This document shows positions 25,756 through 37,700 of a stretch of 40,818 nt of DNA, one piece after another. The position numbers and the translations under genes were made by a program. The notes under the pieces are model-generated. The model did no database searches. It was not told the DNA's origin and was given only the letters and a program-made list of their open reading frames with translations. Every line of letters starts with the position of its first letter. Within the stretch, counting starts at the first letter, position 1. Source of the DNA: Intoshia linei (lineage: Eukaryota; Animalia; Orthonectida); assembly GCA_001642005.1 (NCBI GenBank), contig LWCA01000201.1, positions 1 through 40,818 on the forward strand, written 5' to 3'.

Positions 25756-28700
25756 TTAAAATATTATGTATTGTATAATATTTTTAATAATATATGCATA
25801 GATTATATAACTGAACCAATATAAAAGTTTCATAGATTTTGACGAATTTCGATTATTACATTTCGAATAATTGCAACAAATTGAACAATTCTAAAATAAA
25901 AAATAAAATTTTAAAACTATATTTACCGTATCATTAATAGAACATTCTTTAGTATTTTCTCTTTTACAATAATTGTTATTACAACCATATTTATATTTTA
26001 TTTCTAGTCCAATTTTTGATTTTTGTGTCTAATATAATTCACTAATTACCAATATACAATAATATTGTTAACAAAAAAATGAATAAACCGCTTGATTATG
26101 TCAATAGAATTAATGTATATTGTTCATTAGAGTTATTCCATTTTGGAATTTTTGTGAAATGTAAAAAAGATATAGTCAGACTCGTCATTAATGAACACCC
26201 TCAATAATAAATTTTTTAATAGTGAATGATTTTTTTTAAATTGTGACTACGCTGTTGTAAAGATTATGAAACTTGATTAATTTATTCAAATTATTCAAAT
26301 TAATTTAGAAAAAATAGTTTTTAATTTTGATATTATTGATTTTTTGAACAAATGTTTGGTGGCTTCTTTAAGGGAAAATTTAAGGAATTTTTTCCCATTT
26401 TGTAAATATTTTGAAGATAATGTAAGGTTCAAAAATTTGTAGGGTTTTTATTTTTTAGACTCCAAAAGAAACGTGAAATATACCACATTTATGACAAATT
26501 AAAAGTTTTTTATCATAAGATTTGGTAAAATCGTGGTTTTCAAAAAAATAATAGAAAAAAAAATTTTTTTATAGGAATATTAAAAAATTAAATGGTTTGA
26601 TAAAATCACATTTTTTATATTGGGGTTTGATTAAATGGATTGTTTTAAAAAATATTGATAAAAATCGATTTTGCCTTGAGGGTTTAAAATGGTATTTTTT
26701 ATTAAATTTTATTAATGGTAGGATAAACGTAGGATTGTTGAAATAATAATATAACAATAGTAATAATATAATATAATAATAAGCTAGACTTTTGGATAAA
26801 TTCCCAACATCTGGCAACTCTGTGATGAATATTAAAAATTCTTCTATAAAAATAAACCAAAGTTAAATAAATTTTTTTATATTTTAATTGAATCTCGCGG
26901 ACCCAGGCATAGTTTTAGAGCACCACGGGTTCCAGGGACCCCAATCGTTAACTACTGCTGTAGAATGACATAAAGCATTTTTCAATTATGGTAAAAAAAA
27001 CTCTGTGTCTTTTTATTTAATGTTTTGATTTTATTATTTATATTATTTTAATTATCTTAGTTTATTCATAACATAGTTAAACATCAAAATTTTTTATTCT
27101 GAACAACATATGAATTCAGTTTTTTAAAAAGATATCCAAATTTCAAAAAAGTGCCTAAAATGGGCATATTGATCGGTCATTAAAAATGTTAAATAAAGTA
27201 GAGGGTGTGAGAAAAAAAAAAAGAAAAAAATTTTTAGTAAGAAAGCTCGATGCGCAGTTATTTTTGCAAAGTCAAATAAAAATATTATTAGTAGAAACAG
27301 TAAGTCAATATTAACAATCAAAAAAATTCTAATTTCCAAAAAATCTGTTATATAGTACCTTTATTATATCATATATTATTATAATGCCAAAAATTAAATT
27401 AAAAATTTGTAGCTTACTTTTAATTATCATTAAAGACACCGTAATAACTGTTTTATAAAGGAGATAATCATGCAAAAATTAAATTTTTTTAATCTAGGAA
27501 CGATGGTTCAAAAAATGTTAAGAATACCTGGTGAGAATTTAAATTTTAGATCCATATTATAATGAAACTAGGTTGACTGTTATGTACTACGTACAAACAG
27601 GACCTAGCTTTTGCACATTTTTATTATACTTAAAAAATAAATTTACGTTGAAAATCTAATTCAAAAATCGTACTATTCACTATTATCAACCCTTAAAAAA
27701 AGTGGTTCCCAAATTTGTGTCAGGTGGAACCATCATATCACATTACTTTTTACTTTAAAGTCAATTATTATATCTTAATTTTTTGTTTGTAAATATAAAA
27801 AAAATATAGTAAAAACAGTCCAATCCTAAAAATTGTCATAAATAGCATAAATTCCAGAAAAAATAAAATTATATAAACCTATTTTGCCATTATCAATGTG
27901 ATAATATATATTCAGTACCAATTTAATATTTACTTAAAAATACCAATTATGTATCAATAATTATTATTATTACTTATAATTAACCGAAGCTTCACTTTAT
28001 AAACAAAAATGAGAATTTGAAAATTAAAAATTGCGTAGCAATAAAATAAATTCCGAAGGAATATTTTATATAGATTTTCACCCATATTTTTTTATTCAAA
28101 GTGTGTAAACGTTCACTGTACATTTTTTTTGAAATTGTAAGATCAATATTTATATGTTTATTTTAATCGAAATATTTGAAAAATATTGGTTGATAATATA
28201 TTAAAAAATATTTTTCATCGGGAATGCGTAGATTTCTCGGGTTGAACTTTTGTATTTATATCAACTGGAATAAGTTCTATCAAAATAAGCTTTTTTTTGA
28301 ATTTTTGGACAGTTAATTATTTCACATTTTATGTTTTAATAAAATATTTCGAAAAAAAAATATGCATACTAAAATGCTTTTTTGACCGTGAAGTCGATAA
28401 TTATTCGGATTGAAATTTTTTGTGTGTGTTAACAGGATACAACTATACAATCTGTAAATTTTTTGAAATTCTAGGGCTGTTTTCATTAAAAAAAGAAGGG
28501 TAATTTAGGGTTTTGGCCCTGAAAATATAATGTTTTTAAATTTAAATATATGATAATGTTTATGATTTTAAAATTTGTATCAGTATATATATTTTTTAAA
28601 TTTCCCAACTCGTTTGGTTTTCAAAAAGAGGGACAATTGAGGTTTTTGACCCGTAAGATGTGAGTTTGGGAGGTTGAAATTATGTTTGTTAACACCTCCG

Positions 28701-31700
28701 GAAAAAACTGTAATTGAAATGTGGACTTTATAAAAATCTAAGACGGGTAGTTATTTAAATAAAGCTGGACACACACACCAACAAAAATCGCGTAGCATAT
28801 TATATAAGTTAGGATGATATATTTAAGTATAACGGGGAAGTATAATTATTTTAATCAATACATGGCAATAATTCATACATCCAATTTTTTCTGAAGGTAA
28901 ACATTTTCCAAATCCATACTTTGTGCAATTGTAACATTGAATATTACCGCAATAATCGTTATTTAAGCTAAGATGAAAATTTCCCATACATTTTACACAT
29001 TTCGGTTTCTGGTATATGCAATTTTTACAGTTTTTATCACAAGCTAAGATAAATTAAGACATTATGTATAAATTACCTAAACACTTGGTTCCATTATTAT
29101 TTAATGTCATATGTGGTTGAGAACATTTGATGCATGTTACAATCATTTTTTTGTTGGTGTAACACTCCAAACAGTTTGGAATAATACTACTACATACTAA
29201 ATACAATTCAAAAATATAAAGGTATTTCATAAAAAATACTATAATTAAAATGTAACTGAATATACAATGCAAAAGTTTTATAGAGTAATGTATATGGTTC
29301 ACATTAATTTAAAACCATTTTAATTTTCTATAATTATTACATTGACAAGTTTTATTTGTATTCATGAAAGCATTCACCATACATTTTATGCATTTTTTAT
29401 GAGTACATTCTTTACAGTGTGAAGTGCAGGCTAATATGTGCAATATATTATGAAATGTCATTAATAAATACCCAAACATATATTTAATGTCGAATTATTA
29501 ATATAACCGGATTTGCATTTTAAACAAGCAATATTGTTGCATATATCACAATTATCAATACATTCTAGTTTTGTGTATTGTATATTAAATGAATTTTTAT
29601 TACTGAAACATTTATTTTGATTGAGGTGATAACCTTGATTACATTTCAAACATACGTTTATGTCATTACAATGAATACATCCGTTCATACAAGCTAAAAT
29701 ATACTTTTCTTGAAAATTTAAATTTATATTTTAAAGCAGGGTTTCTTAACCTGTTTTAAATTTAGCACATCCATTAGCCAGATCAATTATTTCCAACACC
29801 ACTGTTAAAAATAAAAAATAATACCTTAAAATTCAACGTAAAAATCGTATTTTAATGACATTTTTAAAAACCACTCTATTAATATCGAATATAATTAATA
29901 ACAATATGAATGAATGGTAAAAATGAATATACATGGTAGAAGCTGTATTTGATCAGATTTAATTTCACTTCAATTTCAAATATTCCACTTATTTGATCCA
30001 TAAAGTAAAAAATAAAAATAGTTTTTATAGCAACCCTGAAATTAATTCTAGCACCGGGCTAAGAAACTCAATTTTAAAGCATCAAATTTAGTAAACTAGT
30101 AAAAGTTTACGTTTGCATAATTGTAACATGTGTCCATCAATACAATCAACACAGCTGATTTTAAAATTTTTGTGTTGAAAGCATAATTTACAGTTTTGAT
30201 TATTTTCTAAAACAATATTTTTACAGTTCAATAGTGTTAAATGTGCAATGCACATTGGGCATGTAATATAAATAATACTGTAAATAATAATAATGTATAA
30301 TATGTAAAGTGGAGAATTTTATTTTTATCATAAATAATAGATATGTCAATTTACTTAAACATGTATTATTTGGTAACAAACAATATCCATTTTTGCATAA
30401 ATTGCATGTTCCTGTGTTAGTACATGACAAACAGTTGTAACCACAATCTTAATTTTTTTATTTTATTTTTATTTATTTAGTCATTTACCTTTGCATAACA
30501 GTTCTCCATTAATTTCAACGAGATAGTATCCATTTTTGCAAATTATACATTTTTTAGATGTAGAACAATTACGGCAATTTTTGATACATTCTAAATTTTT
30601 TTATTCTCAAATTTAATAGTATTAAAATTTTTTATTTCAGTTCAATTTACATTAATGTTGATACCTTTACACTGAATTGTAAATGTTGAATCAAAGTACA
30701 TGTTATCTTTACATTTTGAGCAGAGGTTTTTGGAAGTACATTCAACACAGTTTGATGAGCATGCTAGTCAACTCAATTATATTTTAATAGAAAAAATGTT
30801 AAATTACGCAAATAGTTAGTAAAACCTTTTAATGGTATTATTAATATACCATAAAAAAGGGTTAATACAATAATAATTTTAACATTTGCAACATGTAATG
30901 TTAAAAAATTGCAATGTTAGAGTCTGAGAAAAAGTAAAGGCGTAATACATGAAATGAAGAAAAGATGTATGAATGTTTACTTTTGAATTAACAGTCAACG
31001 ACAGCTAAGTAGATAGAACTTTAAAATCTTTGTTGTTGATTATTTTCTTAAATTTAAAAATGCATCATAATCATATAAACACAGCGCAAATCCTTAAACC
31101 GCTTAAAAAACAATAGAATCAAAAGATAGAGACAATTAACTATTTTAGTACATGCATATAAATAAAGTTATCCTTTACAAATTTCATGTAAAATGAAATG
31201 TACTTGAATATGTATTTATCATTGAAAATAAGTGTCAAATTCTTAATTAAATTGCACGATTTATGAACTCATTGTATTTACAAAATTTAGCAACTATTGT
31301 AATATAGTAAATTTCTTTATATGTTAGCGTACACTAAAGAGTAACTTTACTCAAATATTGTCATTACTGTAATAGTTATTTACTTAACGAGTTAAGATTT
31401 TCCATTCTTTACTTTACGCAAAACGAGTTGATTAATTTACAAGAGTCTTTAAGTAAAGTAAAGTCAATGAAAAAAATTTTGACGAATATAGTAAATCTAT
31501 TTATATTTAGCAAATATGCATTTTAAAAAAATTCATTTATATTTGAAATAAACTAATTTTTCAAAATAACCATAATGGTTTAATGATTTTCATTATCGTC
31601 AATCGAAAATGGAAGTACCACGAGACATAATTACAGACGTAATTTTTGATTGCAAATCTGTATCAATTTACAATAAATGACATGAAAAATTTGTCGAATA

Positions 31701-34700
31701 TATAAAAACAAATAACATTGAAGAGAATTTAGGCAACTGTTATGGCCGATATGGGAGTTAACAAGATATCACTGAAGGTATGACTTATTTTATTTTAGCG
31801 TCAGTTTAGATGAAAAAACGATACTGTTGTAGATGGATAAACAATGAAAAAAGTAAAAATAGCATTAAATTACAATTAAACCATTGTGTATTTAATAATT
31901 GTACATTTAATTAATTTCTGAATTTAAATAAATTATAATTACAAAATTAAGTGCATATAATTTTCAAGGCTAGAATTAACGATAATATATTCAATTGTAT
32001 TATTTAACTAGTTAAATAATTAAATATTATTTTACGCTAAATCATATACATCCCTTAAGTGATTCAACAATGTATGCATTTATTATTGAAATAAATAGTT
32101 GTATAATAGTAATATATATAATAGTATAACATAATAAATAGGTGTTTTAAAGTTAAATGCTATTTTTCTTTTTTCACTTAATTTTTTTATTGTATTTAAA
32201 CAGATATATACTGTTTCTGATGTCTCTCTTTGAGCTAAACACAGTGCAGTTAAGTGGAATGAACGATTGACATCAATAAATCCAAAAACGAGTAAAGGAT
32301 AATCAGGCTTACAGATTTTATATGTAAACTCTATGTTAAAATTCCTAGCATTTTTCAATATTTTTTTCACAAGTTATTAAAAAAAAAATGGATCTTGAAC
32401 AAATTTAATAATAAAAGCTTTATCTGTTTGGTTTTCCCATCGACTATTTGCATGCGTGATTTTCTTTTGTTTGTACATTCTTGCAATTTTTAGCTTATTC
32501 CTATATATTAAAGATCTTTCGATCACAACTCCCATTTGAACGTTTATTATTTCATTAATCTCAGCAGGTCTTGTGATACCTGATTTAATTAATTCTTTAA
32601 TTTTTTTTCTCGCTTTTATCACGTGTGAAATTAAAACGATTCATCTGAAAGTTTACTTCATTATAAATCCCTCTAATGACTCTCATTTCAACTCCACAAG
32701 AAGAATGATTGATACATCTGTACCTCCTTGTGATTCCATGAACTGTTTTCTTACAGTCTCTAATTCTCCACAGTGATTTTATGAAATTAGCTTCGTTATA
32801 GTTAATCAATGTGAACCAATTTGTTCTTATCATTGTTGCCCTTATGTGTCATAAACTCTTATATAAAGAAATCGGAGGGAAATGATATTAAAAATCAATA
32901 AATTTATTTTAATAATGTACCATTTGTATTAGTCATTACAGCATTCAAATGAATTTGAATACATATAAAAGAGTATAAGTAATCATTTTAATTTTTTAAT
33001 ATCCTTTTTCTGATCTTTATTACGTTTATTTTTTTATTGGCGTTATTTTTCAATAATTTGGCGGTTGGTGTTTAATTTGGCTTACGCAAAATAATATAAT
33101 GCTATATAAATGCATAAATTGTTGAATCATTTAAAAAATATATGATTGCGCGTAAAATAATATTTTATTATTTAACTAGTTAAATAACAGAATTGAATAT
33201 ATTATCGCTGATTATAGTTATTTTGAAAAATTAGTTTATTTCAAATATAAATGAATTTTTTTAAAATGCATATTTGCTTTATTAATATACAGTAAATATA
33301 AATAGATTTACTATATTCGTCAAGAATTTTCTCATTGACACTACTTTACTTAAGACTCGTGTAAATTAATCAACTTGTCTTGCGTAAAGTAAAGAATGGA
33401 AAATCATAACTCGTAAAGTAAATAACTATTCTTATACAAATTTGTAAAAACATGACCGATTTCTTTATTAACTTAATATCTTAATATTACTAGTTATGTA
33501 AAAAAACTTTTATCCATAAAATATCATTTTACAATGGATCCCTCAGTATGAAATTTCATGAAATATATGATTTATTATTATTATAAATATTATAATTACG
33601 CAAACATTTTTGTTTCAGAGAATTATACCAAAAACCAGTTTTACATTTGATACAATTGTTTTTGTTATCGCAGCTTTCACATCCGTAAAGGCAACCTATA
33701 ATAATTGTTGATTAGTTAAATATCAGGTGTCCAACTGGTTGTAATACTGTCGCCTAATCAAAGGTAATATTCTTATGCAAAAATTACTTTATTTAGTATT
33801 AATTTGGTGCCGGATAAATTTATTTTAGTGTGTTAAACTTTATTAAATTAAACTTTATTAAATTTTATATATTATAATTAAATTCTATTTAAATTATTAA
33901 CACATTATTTATCGAACTTTATTAAAACTGATTGGGAAATCCTGCACTAATGTAATGGCAATTAAATTAATTTTATTTATTATTACTTTGACATAAATTA
34001 TCCACTTGATTCCAAAAATATCCAAAAGCGTAATTTCTTCTACAATTGAGACATAAAAATTCCGTGGAATGTTTTATTTCACTACAATCTAAATGTTCTG
34101 TATAATCATGTATATTTTTTCTGAACTATAACATATTTTGTCGAAAACAAATGGATAATTATGGGAAGAACATTCCTTGCATATAGAACTGGTAATGTGA
34201 GAACATTCTATATAAATTATATTAAATATATATTTAAAAATAAATCAAATATTATAACAGTTACTGGGATTCTTGATCTCATTGTATTTTGCAATACAAT
34301 GATATTAATATACCAACAAAAATTTTAAATTTTTTGCATGTTTTTGAAATTTAGATGAATGTGTTGAAAATTTATGTTTATAAATTTAAATTCTCCAACT
34401 CGTTTGATTTATATAAAGAGGGACAATTGGGGTTTTTTATCAGTAAGATGTGAGTTTGGGAGGTTAACATTTATCTTATTATACGTGGCGGAAAAAACTG
34501 TAATTGAAATGTGCACTTTATAAAATTCTAAGACTAGTAGTTATTTCAATAAAGTGGATCACACACAAACAAAAATAGCGTAGCATATTATATAAATAAA
34601 AATTAATACGCTGACGTTGACTTAAAGTATAATTTGAATTTTTAGCAATTTCATACCAATGCAGGATAATAACCTGTCTGACCAAAAATAATTTTGATTG

Positions 34701-37700
34701 CATTCTGTACTAAAAATATACAATGAAAAAATGTTAAATTGATTTACCATATATTTGATTCGTAACATAACTTACAGTTTCGTGGACAGGCTATTTTTAA
34801 AGTATAAGGTATATACAAAGTATGTATGAATAAATACCGGTGCATTTATTTGTAATCCAAATTTTGTCTAAGCAGCTATTACATTGACCTTGGGCAGTGG
34901 ATATTGTACATTCTGTTTTAATATTTTATTAATATACTATATCTGATGCTGTTTTCTAAAGTGGTCCACGAATTCTGAAGGTTTATAAACTTCTAGGATT
35001 CTCGAAATTACGAAAAAAATATTCAAGAGGTTTATACTGGAAATTTTACGTGAATATTTTAGACTGCCAAAATTTCATTGGTTTGGGTCACTTCAACTTT
35101 AGTCGGATCATGAAATTATAGGAACCAGTATACATTATGTATTACAGTACATGTGTTTAAATATACCATCACAAGACCAATTGGGTTTATTCCAAAAATA
35201 TCCGGCATTACACGTTACAGTTGAGACATTGCACATTATACTGTTATTGGGACAACCTGAAATCGTACAATGAAAATTAATATACAATTATAATATTAAC
35301 TATAATAAGTTTTCCCTTCTGATTTCCACATTTTATGACACCCAGTACATTTATCTCTGGTATTTAATGGTTCTCTATCACAAAGCACCTCTAAATTTAT
35401 AAAAAATAGTCAACTTTTGTATTACTGTCGCATGTCTTTCTTTTTGTATTCCAATTTGTACCTTTACGTGATTTACAGCCAATTTCTCCCAAATTTGTAA
35501 GATTTTTGTGATCGGTTTCTTAATTAATTAATTAATAATAATGTAATAATAGTGGATTATAAAAATTTATACATTGCATCAATAAATAATAATTTACTAT
35601 AGCAGGATTTTAATTCTTCATTCCAAACAACAGATTCTTTATTTATTTGACATCTTTTACAAGAATATTCTAAAACGTTTTCATGAATTATTGAAAGAAC
35701 ATTTGAACAGTCCAAGTCTAATTTTTATATAACTACACGTTAAAATTTTAAAAATTTTATTCAAGTACTTTGACAATGATATGAATCATATTTCCATACT
35801 GTTGATTGACATGACTGACAAAGTAGCTTTTCGTTTACTAAATTTAAACAAGATATGGAATTAAAAACACAACTATTTCCATTCCAGTAGTGATTTGTAG
35901 CACCACGGCATTTTATTTTGTTATTTAGAATCACGTTTGTTAAACCTATATTATTTTACATTATTAATATGCATACAGAGTTTCTTATAAATGTAAATTT
36001 TATACCTTTTTAATTTCAAAATAAAAATAATAAACTTCAAAACGAGAATAACAAAGTTCAAAATGATAATAGTAAACTTCAAAACGAGAATATCAAATTT
36101 AATTTATCTGTATCAAAAGTTGCAGTTTCCCACTATCTGAACAATCTTTTATACACTCTAAAAACGATACGACATGAACCTGAAAATGCAAACAATGCCG
36201 TAAATAAAGAGAAAAGAAAAAATTTTACTTTAAGGTTACTTGAATTGATTTTACGTGATTTACTTACACTGAATAAGTTTTCAATAGGATTCAAGTCAGG
36301 ACTATAGGGTAATAAGAATATTTGTTTTACATTTTCTCTTCTTAATAAAGAAATTATTTCTGCACTGGTGAAACCTAACATTATCTATTACAATAATCGG
36401 TCTGTTCTCAAATACTCTATAAATCTTACTCTTATTTAAAAATTTCAGAAAGAATCTTTGCATAATTTTAATTCTTGTAAAATTATCATTAACCCATTTT
36501 CTCCCAATGTAACCATATGGTCACACAAAAATAAAATATTAAAAAGGTGAATAAGTTTTAAATTAAACAAAGTAAATATTAATGCATAGCATATTTAGAA
36601 TCGTGTAAGCATTCACAATGTATTTTTGATGGTCATTAGGTTAATAATGTCGTAACTTAGTGTCCACAGGTAAAAACATTTTTTGTTCTGAAATAAAAAT
36701 AAAATTAAAATTAAAGATTTTTTGATCTAGGTTATGCACAACTAGGTTCAATTTTAGATAAAAAATATGGAAAATCACGACTTAACCGATGAGGATTCGG
36801 CGGACTCAGAAGATGAAACGAAAAATTTGCCATCAGTTTTGAGTGGTAATCAGTTGTGTGCTCCAGCTGAAAAAAGACACCTTGTGAATGACTCAGATGA
36901 TGAAAATGTGCCGTTATCGTATTTTTCAAATGTATCTCATTGTTTCGACTGGTATCTCTTAACAAAGAATATGTATTGTTCAGCATTTCCTGAATCTAAT
37001 TATACAAAATACAGAGGATACTCGCCCACCAAATTTTTTGAATTGTGTTTCGATGACGAAGTAGTTAACTATATTATCAATGAATCTAATATATATTCTT
37101 TTTAACAGAATTTATTGAATATACCCATAAATGTTGGAGAGTTCAAAACATTTATTGGTATACTTATTATATCCGGATATAACAATTCGCCGAGTATGTC
37201 ATCTTATTGAAGCATCAGTGATGACCTCAAAAACTTAACTATATTTAATGCAATGCGACGTAATAGATTTAACGAAATAATGAGATCCGTACACTTCAAA
37301 AACAATTTAAGTCTTAATTATGGGGATAAATATACCAAATTAAGACCACTAATATTATTACTGAAATCTTGTTTATGAAACTTTTTGTAATGTCTCAAAA
37401 TATTTCTCACGATAAATCTATGGTGGAATATTTTGGAAGACATGGGTGTACGCATACTATATTAAATAAGTCCATTCGGTTCGGCTATAAAATATGGTGT
37501 CAAAATTTAACAGCTGGTTATTTAGTCAATTTTGAACCATACCAAGGAAGCTGTAATGTTGATGAAACCAGTAAGTTTGGAAAATGCGCTGCGACAGTGC
37601 TTTTAGATTATTAAACGAGTATACCTCATACAAAATCAATTTTCCGTATACCTTTTATATAGATAATTACTTTACCACACTGCCATTAATGATAGAAATG

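Noticed and set aside
26569-27339. Hydrophobic ORFs 26569-26817 and 27124-27339
   Set aside because: Low-complexity AT-rich intron and TE sequence with no motifs or supporting splice structure.
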